From: a virus
Lineage: Duplodnaviria; Caudoviricetes
DNA: 48,966 nucleotides
Strand: one strand, 5' to 3'
IMG/VR virus record: IMGVR_UViG_3300025392_000867
Location: 1-48,966 of that record
Shown here: positions 29,544 through 39,528 of the stretch, piece after piece
Numbering within the stretch: the first letter of the stretch is position 1
Layout: each line of letters starts with the position of its first letter
Notes under the pieces: model-generated
The model's database searches: none
What the model saw: only the letters and a program-made list of their open reading frames with translations
Told to the model about the DNA's origin: nothing
Translations under genes and position numbers: made by a program

Positions 29544-30674
29544 ATGAAAAGATTGTTGTTAATCTTATTTCTAATGAACCTAACTGGATGTGCAGTTATA
29601 CAAAGTACTGGCTTAAACGAGACTAGTCCTGAAATAACTACGCAGATGAAACAGGTCAAAAAAGAATTTGATACTATCCCTGGGCCAGCTGGTGGCCGCC
29701 CTGTTAGCGTAGCAGTTTATAGTTTTGCAGATAAAACTGGACAGCGTAGACCTAGTGCTACAGTGGCTAGTTTATCTACAGCAGTAACACAGGGTGCTGA
29801 AACATTCCTAATACAAGCACTACAAAATGTTGGTAAAGGAAGTTGGTTTGATGTTGTTGAACGTGTAGGTATCGATAACCTAGTTAAAGAACGTACCATT
29901 ATTAAACAAATGCGAGAAGCCTATGAAGGCCCTAATGCCAAACCACTAATGCCTATGCAGTTTGCTGGTATGATATTGGAAGGTGGACTAGTAGGTTATG
30001 ATACTAGTACTACTAGTGGTGGTGCAGGCATACGTATTTTTGGTATTGGTAAACAAACTCAGTGGTCAACAGATACTGTAACTGTAAGTCTCCGTGCTGT
30101 CAGCGTCAATACAGGAAAAGTATTGGCTAGTGTTACAGTGCAGAAAACAATTTTAAGTACAGCTGATTCAGGAACCGTAATGAAGTTCTTTGATCAGGGT
30201 ACCCAGGCATTTGAAGCAGAAGCTGGATTAACAATTAATGAGCCCGGAACTTATGCTACAAAAGCCGCAGTAGAATTAGCTGTAGTTGAGCTGATAAAAG
30301 AAGGTCAACGAAAAGGGGTATGGGACTTCAAACAAGAAGTAAAAGTAACAGAACCTGTAGTAGTTTTGACTCCTGAAGTAAAGAAAGAAGAACCAAAAAT
30401 AGAAACTAAAGAAGAACCTAAACCAGAAGTTAAACTGGAACTTACGGAAGACAAGAAAGAGGAAGTAAAATCAAAATCTGGGATCATGCATACTATAAAT
30501 TTAACTAGGGTCTATAGGAAGAAGAGCGAATTAAAAGTAGCTCCATTTGGAGAATACTTATTATATCCTAAAGACACAGAGTTTGCAGTAATAGATACAG
30601 ATATTGAGGGAGTAGTAGAAGTAACAGACAAGAAAGCTCGAACTGGTTATGTTCGAAGAGAGATGTTGAAGTAA
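29544..30674 (+). CDS. csgG: curli secretion channel CsgG lipoprotein with C-terminal extension
   Basis: Lipobox LTGC; VAVYSFADKTGQ, STAVTQG, WFDVVER..NLVKER.II, NEP. Confidence 0.9.
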   Translation: MKRLLLILFLMNLTGCAVIQSTGLNETSPEITTQMKQVKKEFDTIPGPAGGRPVSVAVYSFADKTGQRRPSATVASLSTAVTQGAETFLIQALQNVGKGSWFDVVERVGIDNLVKERTIIKQMREAYEGPNAKPLMPMQFAGMILEGGLVGYDTSTTSGGAGIRIFGIGKQTQWSTDTVTVSLRAVSVNTGKVLASVTVQKTILSTADSGTVMKFFDQGTQAFEAEAGLTINEPGTYATKAAVELAVVELIKEGQRKGVWDFKQEVKVTEPVVVLTPEVKKEEPKIETKEEPKPEVKLELTEDKKEEVKSKSGIMHTINLTRVYRKKSELKVAPFGEYLLYPKDTEFAVIDTDIEGVVEVTDKKARTGYVRREMLK

Positions 30675-30848
30675 AGGTGTTGATTTTTTAACACTGTTAG
30701 AAAAATAACAGCGGTATTAAATTAATGCAGAATAACACTTAAATATTTTTAAGAAAGGATAGTAGCGAGAACAGCAGTACTAAAGGAACAGTGTTCCAAG
30801 GAGCGATGCGGGGATAAACTTAGTGTTCGAACCCAAATCAGTATTACG

Positions 30849-31784
30849 ATGAATTCATCAAGTTTAAAAGGCGCTGGTAAGTTGTCGAGAAAATTACTTA
30901 CAATTCTGGTGGTGGCTGCAATGCCCTCACTGGGCTATGCTGTTGACAATAGTATCTATATCGATCAAAGTGGTAGTTTCGGTAATATAGCTATTACACA
31001 GGATGGAGCAGGAAATACTGTACAGGGCGTGGTTAACAACGCGGCTGGACAACGTACTGATGCGGCAACTATGACCGGAGATAACAGTCAGATTACAATT
31101 AATCAAGTAGGTTCTGGTAACCAATTATCTTTGTCAAGCCAAGGTAGTACTATGACTGGATATAGAGATACTACTATTAATTACAGTGCAGTTGCTCGCG
31201 ATACTAGAACACTTATTATTAATAATGGTGCAAGTAACTTGATTGGTATTACGCAAACAGGTAATCAATCTCAAGTAGAAGCTCGTGCTATTGGTGATAG
31301 AAATTCTATCAGTATTAATGCGGCAGGTACAGGTGATAACGTTAGAGCCGGAATACAAGGTGGCGACAGTACTATCAATGTTAATTTATCTAACACTGGC
31401 GGTGGAAACACTGTAACAGCAACAACAAACAGTGGCAATATAGGTATTAATGCAGATGGTACTGGGAATACATTTAATGTACAGCAGAATGGGTTTGGCA
31501 ATAGCGTAAGCGTAGCCGGATATGCACCAGGTAGTGCCTTAACTGGCAACAATAATAATGTGCAGATAGCACAAAATGGTGACAGTAACTCTGCAAACTT
31601 AGGTATAACTGGTAGCTCAAACTATATCGGTGTTAATCAAGCCAACACAGGTATTGGCGGACAAGAAGCTAATGTTAAAGTAAGCGGTAGTAGTAATACT
31701 GTAAATATTAGTCAAGGTGTTCCAAGTGCAGGCGTCGGAGTTATTGCAGGTAGCAATTTCTTAGCATTACCGACTAGACAGTAA
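30849..31784 (+). CDS. curlin-repeat-like secreted protein
   Basis: Signal peptide; repeated N-x3-I-x-Q-x-G-x2-N units. Confidence 0.7.
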   Translation: MNSSSLKGAGKLSRKLLTILVVAAMPSLGYAVDNSIYIDQSGSFGNIAITQDGAGNTVQGVVNNAAGQRTDAATMTGDNSQITINQVGSGNQLSLSSQGSTMTGYRDTTINYSAVARDTRTLIINNGASNLIGITQTGNQSQVEARAIGDRNSISINAAGTGDNVRAGIQGGDSTINVNLSNTGGGNTVTATTNSGNIGINADGTGNTFNVQQNGFGNSVSVAGYAPGSALTGNNNNVQIAQNGDSNSANLGITGSSNYIGVNQANTGIGGQEANVKVSGSSNTVNISQGVPSAGVGVIAGSNFLALPTRQ

Positions 31785-31792
31785 TAAAGTAT

Positions 31793-32905
31793 ATGAAGCT
31801 CTGGTATACTTTATTTTTTATACCAATAGTATGCCAGGCGGCTATAGGAACTGTAACTGAACAGGTTAATACACCGCCCAGCATACAGCGTAAAGCTCAG
31901 ACCTTAACTGGCGCCAAAGGCACAGGTGTAGAGATGAACGATGCTGTTCGTACTGCACAAGGCAAGGTTGGTATAACCTTTGACGACAATACTAAAGTAC
32001 AAGTAAACGAAAATAGCAAACTTGTTATTGACGACTTTGTTTACGATCCAAAGAAAGGTACAGGTAAACTGGCACTTAATATGGCTATGGGTACTGTACG
32101 TTATGCATCTGGTTCTATTGCACACAACAGTCCCGGCGGAGTCAATGTTAATACTCCTAGTGCGACTATTGGAGTACGTGGTACTGACTTCACTGCAACT
32201 GTAGACGAACTAGGACGTAGTACGATCATATTATTACCTAGTTGTCCTAGTGATCGTAATACTCGCACAATTAACGATATAGAAACAAATTGCAAGACAG
32301 GCGAAATCACTGTCGAAAGTGATGCAGGACAAGTTATATTGAATAAACCATTCCAAGCTACTAGAGTTGATAGTAGATCAGCTCCTCCTAGTCCTCCTGT
32401 GATACTTAAACTTAGTGAAGGTGCTATTAATAATATGTTAATTGTTGCGCCACCTAAAGAGATGAACAAGGAAGAAAAAACAACTGTAAAAACAGAAATG
32501 AAAAATAGTCTAGATATGGATTTTTTAAAAGAACAAGGTTTAGCCAATGCCTTGGATGCACAGCAAAAAGAAGTATTTGCAGACAAGTTAAGTCAAAACT
32601 TTTTAGATCAAAACTTTCTAGCAAACATCCTGGATATATTAGATGCTATGATGAAAGCACAGCTGAATTTGTTAAACACCACTAGTAATAAACTATTACC
32701 AGACTATGTGGCTCTTTCTGGCGTAACTGTAGCTATTGATGAACCTAAGATCACCCTCGCCCGTGACGACGGCAGTAACTATATGAGCGTAACTGTTCCT
32801 ACTGCACAGAACACTACAATATACATGACACAGGGTGCTATGGATGCTATTAAGAATCGAGTAAACAGCGGAGGATCGACAATTATAACGTTGATACAGC
32901 GATGA
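31793..32905 (+). CDS. FecR-domain periplasmic protein
   Basis: Signal peptide; D.VRT, F.DNTKV...ENSKL.ID, TPSATIGVRGTDF. Confidence 0.85.
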   Translation: MKLWYTLFFIPIVCQAAIGTVTEQVNTPPSIQRKAQTLTGAKGTGVEMNDAVRTAQGKVGITFDDNTKVQVNENSKLVIDDFVYDPKKGTGKLALNMAMGTVRYASGSIAHNSPGGVNVNTPSATIGVRGTDFTATVDELGRSTIILLPSCPSDRNTRTINDIETNCKTGEITVESDAGQVILNKPFQATRVDSRSAPPSPPVILKLSEGAINNMLIVAPPKEMNKEEKTTVKTEMKNSLDMDFLKEQGLANALDAQQKEVFADKLSQNFLDQNFLANILDILDAMMKAQLNLLNTTSNKLLPDYVALSGVTVAIDEPKITLARDDGSNYMSVTVPTAQNTTIYMTQGAMDAIKNRVNSGGSTIITLIQR

Positions 32906-33489
32906 AATTATTAATTACAACTGCATTTATACTAGTTGCTGGATTTCAATGTTCAAAAACTCACGCGGCTGACAATACAGTTAATGTAGATCAAATAGGC
33001 AACGGTAACCAAACTACTATTGTACAAGACGGCAGAGGAAATACTGCTACAGTGACATCGGGGCAAGGCGGCCCTGCAGATTATAATGTATTCAGTATCA
33101 TACAACAAGGTAATAATAAAACAGCCAGCATAGATCTTAAAAGTGGAATTAATAACACATTTAATATACAGCAAGACGGTACTGGTAACCATACCGCCGC
33201 AATACAGAATATGATAGGGTCGGGTAATCAAATTAATCTTAGTCAGACTGGATCTGGTAACCATACACTCAATGTTACTAATCCTTGGAATGCTACTAAC
33301 AATGGTAATGTTATAAATTCTACTCAAGCAGGAGGTGTTGGCGCAGATAAAAGATTTGATTTAATGTTTAGTGGTGCTAGCAATGCTGGAGTTACTATCA
33401 ATCAAACTAATCCAACACAACCAGATCAAGCCGGAATGAATATACAATGTAATCCATGCGGATCAGGTTGGAGCTACACTAAATTCTAA
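32902..33489 (+). CDS. curlin-repeat-like secreted protein
   Basis: Signal peptide; VDQIGNGN, IVQDGRGN, IIQQGNN, IQQDGTGN, LSQTGSGN. Confidence 0.72.
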   Translation: MKLLITTAFILVAGFQCSKTHAADNTVNVDQIGNGNQTTIVQDGRGNTATVTSGQGGPADYNVFSIIQQGNNKTASIDLKSGINNTFNIQQDGTGNHTAAIQNMIGSGNQINLSQTGSGNHTLNVTNPWNATNNGNVINSTQAGGVGADKRFDLMFSGASNAGVTINQTNPTQPDQAGMNIQCNPCGSGWSYTKF

Positions 33490-33502
33490 ATGATAAATAC
33501 TA

Positions 33503-33567
33503 TGCGGGCACAAAATAGGGTGTCGCTGGAACCCGTAATCAGCACTGGACCATCCTGGTCCTTTTTT
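33503..33567 (+). ncRNA. candidate pseudoknotted small RNA/riboswitch plus terminator
   Basis: TGCGGG/CCCGTA, CAC/GTG, crossing GCTGG/TCAGC; then GGACCA-TCC-TGGTCC-TTTTTT. Confidence 0.45.
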
Positions 33568-33586
33568 ACCCTTGAAGGAGTCTGGT

Positions 33587-33718
33587 ATGAAAACTAAAAA
33601 ATTAATTTTGAAACTTAACAAAGCTGAAGTTGAGCATAACCTAAAAAAAGTTAAAGAACTTTGGTTCAAATTGTTAAAGAAAAGTTTGAAACACAAGCAC
33701 ACCGAATCAGTAAGATAA
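33587..33718 (+). CDS. small Lys-rich protein (43 aa)
   Basis: Read manually; GAAGGAG RBS; MKTKKLILKLNKAEVEHNLKKVKELWFKLLKKSLKHKHTESVR. Confidence 0.6.
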   Translation: MKTKKLILKLNKAEVEHNLKKVKELWFKLLKKSLKHKHTESVR

Positions 33719-33768
33719 TTGTAACATAAAAGTAATAATACACGCACTGTACTGCGATAAATATTGGT

Positions 33769-34539
33769 ATGAAGCCAAAAACTTATCGCAGTATTTTTAT
33801 TTCTGATGTACACTTAGGTACAAGAGATTGCAAAGCCGAAGAACTCAACAACTTCCTCAAACACAACACCTGCGAAACATTATATCTTGTAGGAGATATT
33901 ATTGATGCGTGGAAAATTCAACAAAACAAATGGCGATGGAAACAAAGCCACTCCAATGTGGTCCGTAGAGTTCTTGGTCACGCTAAACGTGGCACTAGGG
34001 TTGTATACGTGGCTGGAAATCATGACGAATTCTTGCGCCCGCTAATTCCTTATGGTTTTGGTTTTGGCTTGATAGAAATCCATAATCAAACAGAACATAT
34101 TGGTGTGGACGGCAAGCATTACTTGGTTACCCATGGTGATTTGTTTGACGGGATCACCAAACTAGCTCCCTGGTTAGCCTTTATGGGTGACAAAATGTAT
34201 GATTTTGTGCTAGAATTAAACAGTAAATTTAATGCTCTTAGACACAAGATGGGCCTGGGTTATTGGAGTCTAAGCAAATACCTCAAGAATAAAGTTAAAA
34301 AAGCCGCAGATTTCATGTTTCAGTTTGAACGAAACATAGCGGCATATTGTAGAAAACGCGGCTTTGACGGGGTAATTTGCGGACATATCCATCACGCAGA
34401 GATTAAATATGTGGAAGACATAATTTACATGAACGACGGTGACTGGGTAGAATCATTGACAGCTCTTGTCGAGCATCATGACGGTCGCTGGGAAATTGTA
34501 ACCTGGACACAAAAAGATGACCGTATTACTACTAACTAA
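33769..34539 (+). CDS. UDP-2,3-diacylglucosamine diphosphatase-like metallophosphoesterase
   Basis: SDVHLG, GDIID, GNHD, HGD, GHIH, NDGDW. Confidence 0.88.
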   Translation: MKPKTYRSIFISDVHLGTRDCKAEELNNFLKHNTCETLYLVGDIIDAWKIQQNKWRWKQSHSNVVRRVLGHAKRGTRVVYVAGNHDEFLRPLIPYGFGFGLIEIHNQTEHIGVDGKHYLVTHGDLFDGITKLAPWLAFMGDKMYDFVLELNSKFNALRHKMGLGYWSLSKYLKNKVKKAADFMFQFERNIAAYCRKRGFDGVICGHIHHAEIKYVEDIIYMNDGDWVESLTALVEHHDGRWEIVTWTQKDDRITTN

Positions 34540-35395
34540 ACAAAAAACCGGGTATGAACGCAAACGGCTAGAATCAAGTTTTGCTGAAAAGAAAATGGAT
34601 GTGCTGATTAGCCATCCCAGTAAATTTGATATTGTATTAACTAACCAGATTAGCCAAAGCGTAAAACATCTAGGACAAGATTTTCCATGGCCTGAACTAG
34701 TACTAACTAGATCAAGTGCAGGAGAAAATAATTTTAATCTTGCCTTACTGAGAGAATTTGAACAGGCTCTTGTTCCTGTAATCAACACAGCCAATAGCAT
34801 TGAAATGGCTCGTGACAAATTACGTACTAATCAAATTTTAGCAAATAATGGAATACATGTTCCTCGAACCATGATGTTTCGATTTCCTGTAGACTACGAT
34901 CTAGTTGAAAAGGAGATTGGATTCCCTTGTGTTGTTAAAGTTGTCACAGGTAGTCAAGGTAACGGAGTTTATCTCTGCGATAGCCGTAAAGAATTTAAAA
35001 AGCTCATGGGCATTGCAATTGGCCTTGGCAATAAGAAAACACTAATCGTGCAAGAATATTTAGACGATCGTGTAGGCGAAGACCTGCGTGTACTGGTTGT
35101 TGGCGGCAAGGTAATAGGCGCTATGCGTCGTATTAGTAATAACGATTTTCGTGCTAATATTAGTCAAGGTGGTTATGGTGAACCTTTTGAAGTTACAGAA
35201 GAAATTGATTTCCTCAGCAGAGAAAGTGCCAAGATACTGGGATTAGATATTGCCGGTGTTGACCTATTGTTTAATAATGGAAGTTTTAGTGTTTGCGAAG
35301 TTAATAGTAATCCAGGGTTTAAAGGATTTGAAACTTACTGCAACATCGATGTAGCAGATGCAATAACAGAATATGTAAAATTTAGAATTCAATGA
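34517..35395 (+). CDS. RimK-family ATP-grasp ligase
   Basis: ARDK, GSQGNGV, VQEY, DLRV, FRANISQGG, GVDL, EVNSNPG. Confidence 0.9.
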   Translation: MTVLLLTKQKTGYERKRLESSFAEKKMDVLISHPSKFDIVLTNQISQSVKHLGQDFPWPELVLTRSSAGENNFNLALLREFEQALVPVINTANSIEMARDKLRTNQILANNGIHVPRTMMFRFPVDYDLVEKEIGFPCVVKVVTGSQGNGVYLCDSRKEFKKLMGIAIGLGNKKTLIVQEYLDDRVGEDLRVLVVGGKVIGAMRRISNNDFRANISQGGYGEPFEVTEEIDFLSRESAKILGLDIAGVDLLFNNGSFSVCEVNSNPGFKGFETYCNIDVADAITEYVKFRIQ

Positions 35396-36393
35396 CAAAA
35401 AAGATTTTAATTATCACAGACAATTTACCGGATCAAATTAATGGCGTTGTCACTACATACAAAAATATTGAGGCGTGTGCGCTTCGCGATGGTTATACTG
35501 TTGATTATCTTCACCCCGGGTGGTTCAGCTATATTGATTGCCCTAAATATAACGAAGTCAAACTTAGCTATCCCCGTAACATGGGCAAGAAGATCGCGCA
35601 GATTAATCCGGATTATATACACATCGCGACCGAAGGTCCTTTGGGTGTGTGGGCTAGAAAGTATCTTTCAATATGTGGGATTAGGCACAATACTGCTTAC
35701 CATACTAAATTTCCTGAAGGGCTAAAGAAGTTATTTGGAATCCCCGAGTCGTGGACTTGGAGATTTGTCCGTTGGTTCCACAAACATTCAGGCCGAGTAC
35801 TTACTACAACAGATAGTATGGTAACAGAATTAAAAGCACATGGATTTGGCGGAGAAGTCATACCTTGGACTAGAGGTGTTGATCGTGAAATTTTTTCTCC
35901 TGATCTTAGAGAAGAAACAACTTCTAAGTATCTTTTGTGTGTTGCTCGTGTAAGCAAGGAAAAATCATTAGAAGACTTTTTTGAAATGGACTACCCCGGA
36001 TATTTAAAAATTATGGTAGGGGATGGGCCAATGCTCGAAACTTATAAAAAGAAATATCCAGACGTACATTTTACAGGTGCTAAAAGAGGCAAAGAGTTAG
36101 CCAAATATTATGCTAATGCTGAAGTATTTGTATTTCCTAGTCGTTGGGAAACATTTGGTATTGTTATGATAGAAGCCATGGCCTGCGGTACACCAGTTGC
36201 CGCATATCCTTGTCAAGGACCTGAAGATGTTATAGATCAAGGTGTTACAGGATTCATGAATAATAGTTTAGAAGATGCTGTTACTGCTTGTTTACAACTT
36301 AATAGAGGTTATGTTGTTATGGGTAGCCAGCGTTGGACCTGGGAAAAGGCTTGGAAGATTTTTCGAGATAATTTAGTAGAAAAATCTAGCTAA
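35392..36393 (+). CDS. GT4 family glycosyltransferase
   Basis: PDQINGV, HIATEGP, RVSKEK, FPSRWETFGIVMIEAMACGTPV. Confidence 0.92.
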   Translation: MTKKILIITDNLPDQINGVVTTYKNIEACALRDGYTVDYLHPGWFSYIDCPKYNEVKLSYPRNMGKKIAQINPDYIHIATEGPLGVWARKYLSICGIRHNTAYHTKFPEGLKKLFGIPESWTWRFVRWFHKHSGRVLTTTDSMVTELKAHGFGGEVIPWTRGVDREIFSPDLREETTSKYLLCVARVSKEKSLEDFFEMDYPGYLKIMVGDGPMLETYKKKYPDVHFTGAKRGKELAKYYANAEVFVFPSRWETFGIVMIEAMACGTPVAAYPCQGPEDVIDQGVTGFMNNSLEDAVTACLQLNRGYVVMGSQRWTWEKAWKIFRDNLVEKSS

Positions 36394-36400
36394 ATATTGA

Positions 36401-38449
36401 ATGTTAAAAAAAATACTCTTAAGCCCTTGGACTGCTCTGATAACCCTAGCATTAGTAGTGGGTATACGTGTTGCAGATCCTACATTTGTCGAAAGCGTAA
36501 GATTACGCTATTTTGATACCCTAGTTATACAACCAAGAGAAGTTACTGCTCCAGACAATATTGTAACAGTTAATATAGACGAAGCCAGTTTAGACAAATA
36601 CGGTCAATGGCCATTACCGAGAGTTAATTATGCTGAAATTATTGAAGATCTTTACCATCGTAATGCTAGTATCGTCGTGCTTAATGTGCTCATGGCTGAG
36701 CGTGATCGTACTGGTGGAGATAGGGATCTGGCCGCCGCTCTTAAACATTATCCAGTAATATTTTCAAGTGTTCCTAGTAATAAAACAAAAAATACTCCTC
36801 GTGTGCCGGGTAGTGCTGTATTAGGGCCAGAATATTTAAATCAGATAGTTCAGTATCCTGGACTTATTGCTAACATACCACAAATAGAAAACTCCGCAGC
36901 CGGAGTTGGAATAGTTAACACACTCCCAGAGGTGGATGGTGTGAATCGCCGTTTGCCATTAATTGTATCAGTTGATGACAAACTTTATCCTAGCATAGCT
37001 TTAGAGACACTCAGAGTTGCGGCAGGCGATTCCACTTTCCAAGTTAAGTTATTTGAAGGCGGCGTTGAGAAAATGCGTATTCCAAAATTTGGCCCTATTA
37101 CTACAGATAGTTTAGGACGCATTTGGATTGATTGGAGTCAAACAAATAAATCATATAGTCTTACTGATTTGCCTAAAGACTTTGGAGGTGCCATTGTTGT
37201 AGTAGGACCTACTGCGGCCGGTATTGCTAATCCAGTACCTACAGCAAAAGGTGCAGTTTTCCCTCATCAGTTACAAGCCGCAGTTATAACAACTATGGCA
37301 AATAATGTTGTTATTCAGCGTCCAGATTGGGCCGATGGTGCTGAAATTCTTGCCTTAGTAGTAGCAGGCATTGCTTTACTTTTTTTAACAAGGTGGACTT
37401 ATGTTGGACTTTTCGCTGGTGTTAGTATCGTTGCTATTTCTGTTTTTAGTAGTAGATTTCTTTTTAGCAATTACCTTTTCCTTTTTGACGCTACTATGGT
37501 GGCTGGTGGTACTATATTGGTTATGCTACATGCTTATGGGGTAAAATTTGTAAGCGAATTCTTACAAAAGCAAGCAATCAAAAAACAATTTGCAGGTTAT
37601 TGCAGTAAAGAAGTTGTAGAGATGTTACAAAAAGATCCAGAGTTGATTAGACGTGGTGTGCGTAAGGATGTATCAGTTATGTTTAGTGACTTGCGTGGCT
37701 TTACTCCTATTGGCGAACACTACGGCGATGATGTTGCAGGACTAGGCAAGTATATGAACGGCTATATGGATGCTATCAGCCAGCCTATGCTAGAAAATAA
37801 AGGTATGATTATTAAGTATGTAGGTGATGCAAGTATGCACATACAAGGTGCCCCTATTGAAGATCCTAATCACGCTCGTACTATTGTTCGAGTAGGACTA
37901 GAGATGCTAGACCGAGTAGACGAGTATACTAAGATTATGGAAGCACAAGGTTTGCCGCCAGCCGCAATGGGCTGGGGCTGTAACTCGGGTATTGGTTTTA
38001 TTGGTGAGATGGGTTCAACTGATAGACACAGCTATGATATCTTAGGCGATATGGTTTCAACAGCGGCGCGACTAGAAGCACGTTGTAAAGCATACGGTGT
38101 ACTGTGTATTATTGGTGCTGAAACATATAATCGTACTAAAGATGATTTTTTCTATCTGATGTTAGATAATTTACAACCAAAAGGCAAAACTGTAGCTGAC
38201 TTAATCTACACAGCACTGCGTACACGTGGTGTTGATTACTCTAACGACAAAGAACAGCACGAAGCAATGCATGCCTTATATCGAGCTAAGAAGTTTGACG
38301 AAGCCGCCGCCATGTGTAAAAAACTAGTTGGCAACTTTGGCGGACAAATGGACAAGTACTATAAGATATGGATTGAACGTTGTGACTTTATGAAGCAACA
38401 AGACCTACCGGAGAATTGGAATGGTGAATTTGTTGCCCATGAAAAATAA
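36401..38449 (+). CDS. CHASE2-domain class III adenylate/guanylate cyclase
   Basis: IDEASL..YGQWPLPR, DGVNRR, TM helices, FSDLRGFT, KYVGD, GDMVSTAARLE. Confidence 0.92.
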   Translation: MLKKILLSPWTALITLALVVGIRVADPTFVESVRLRYFDTLVIQPREVTAPDNIVTVNIDEASLDKYGQWPLPRVNYAEIIEDLYHRNASIVVLNVLMAERDRTGGDRDLAAALKHYPVIFSSVPSNKTKNTPRVPGSAVLGPEYLNQIVQYPGLIANIPQIENSAAGVGIVNTLPEVDGVNRRLPLIVSVDDKLYPSIALETLRVAAGDSTFQVKLFEGGVEKMRIPKFGPITTDSLGRIWIDWSQTNKSYSLTDLPKDFGGAIVVVGPTAAGIANPVPTAKGAVFPHQLQAAVITTMANNVVIQRPDWADGAEILALVVAGIALLFLTRWTYVGLFAGVSIVAISVFSSRFLFSNYLFLFDATMVAGGTILVMLHAYGVKFVSEFLQKQAIKKQFAGYCSKEVVEMLQKDPELIRRGVRKDVSVMFSDLRGFTPIGEHYGDDVAGLGKYMNGYMDAISQPMLENKGMIIKYVGDASMHIQGAPIEDPNHARTIVRVGLEMLDRVDEYTKIMEAQGLPPAAMGWGCNSGIGFIGEMGSTDRHSYDILGDMVSTAARLEARCKAYGVLCIIGAETYNRTKDDFFYLMLDNLQPKGKTVADLIYTALRTRGVDYSNDKEQHEAMHALYRAKKFDEAAAMCKKLVGNFGGQMDKYYKIWIERCDFMKQQDLPENWNGEFVAHEK

Positions 38450-38609
38450 TCCATTAGATTTATGGATAGATTACAATGTTTATTTTATGTTGTACATGAA
38501 GTTTATGTTGCCAGCATTAATGCTAGACATGAATGAATCAATGGGTAGTATTCTTAAAACTTACAGTTTAAACGGTATCAAGTCTTACAATCTCTGCAAG
38601 CCCTACTAG
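38439..38609 (+). CDS. possible small protein
   Basis: Fills the gap, but overlaps the convergent gene end. Confidence 0.35.
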   Translation: MKNNPLDLWIDYNVYFMLYMKFMLPALMLDMNESMGSILKTYSLNGIKSYNLCKPY

Positions 38610-39284
38610 GCTAAACAATTTTAGCCACATCCAACCGATATCAAATTCATACCATTTAAGACTTAGTTTAGGTCTTGCTGGATTCATATGATGATTATTA
38701 TGCAGTTCTTCGCCACCTACTATAATACCCCAAGGTAATAAGTTAGTACTTTGATCTCTAGTCTCGGTGTTGCGGTAGCCCCACCAATGTCCTATTCCGT
38801 TAATAACACCTGCGGCCCAAAATGGGATCCATATCATTTGTACACCCCACACTATAAATCCCCAAGGTCCAAAGAACAGGCAGTCTATAACTAGCATTAA
38901 AAGAATACCAAGGCGGCTATGGGGTGTATAAATGTTACGCTCCATCCAATCATTTGGAGTTCCTACTCCAAATTTATTAATCATGTCTGTGTCTTTACTA
39001 GCATTGTGATATAATCCGGCACCTTTAAAAAATACACGCCATATTCCGTATACATGCGGGCTATGTGGATCGCCTTCTTTATCACTAAATGCGTGATGCT
39101 TGCGATGTATGGCTACCCACTGTTTAGTAACCATGCCGGTTGTTAACCATAACCAGAAGCGCATAAAGTGTGCTAGTATAGGGTGGAATACGATTCCTTT
39201 ATGTGCTTGTCCTCTGTGTAAAAATAGTGTTACACAAACTATAGTGATATGGGTAACTATTAGTGTATATATTAATATATTCAT
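38568..39284 (-). CDS. acyl-CoA (delta-9) fatty acid desaturase, DesA-like
   Basis: His boxes HRGQAH, HRKHH, HNNHH. Confidence 0.93.
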   Translation of the reverse strand: MNILIYTLIVTHITIVCVTLFLHRGQAHKGIVFHPILAHFMRFWLWLTTGMVTKQWVAIHRKHHAFSDKEGDPHSPHVYGIWRVFFKGAGLYHNASKDTDMINKFGVGTPNDWMERNIYTPHSRLGILLMLVIDCLFFGPWGFIVWGVQMIWIPFWAAGVINGIGHWWGYRNTETRDQSTNLLPWGIIVGGEELHNNHHMNPARPKLSLKWYEFDIGWMWLKLFSLVGLAEIVRLDTV

Positions 39285-39508
39285 TAAGCGTATGACATCG
39301 TACCATCGCCAATCTGATTAGGAGTACCTTCAGATTGTCCACGATGTACTACTTCGCCATCGGTATTGTAGACTTTAACAGTATGAGCATCGCTCGATGT
39401 AGCATGTTCTAATGCTTCTTCTACTGTATCGAAGAAAGTTTCAACGGTTTTTAAAAAACCGTGTTCCCAGTGGTGTGTTTTTACTTTATGTTTATGATGC
39501 TTTGACAT
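39284..39508 (-). CDS. small protein, paralogue of 39529..39720
   Basis: VK...WEHG...EEA...TVKVY...YA. Confidence 0.7.
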   Translation of the reverse strand: MSKHHKHKVKTHHWEHGFLKTVETFFDTVEEALEHATSSDAHTVKVYNTDGEVVHRGQSEGTPNQIGDGTMSYA

Positions 39509-39528
39509 GATTTTATCCTTTTCAGTAT

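Noticed and set aside
30678-30710. TGTT-N-AACA palindromes (also near 642-663 and 47408-47425)
   Set aside because: Spacing varies and the sequence is AT-rich; a common operator cannot be supported.
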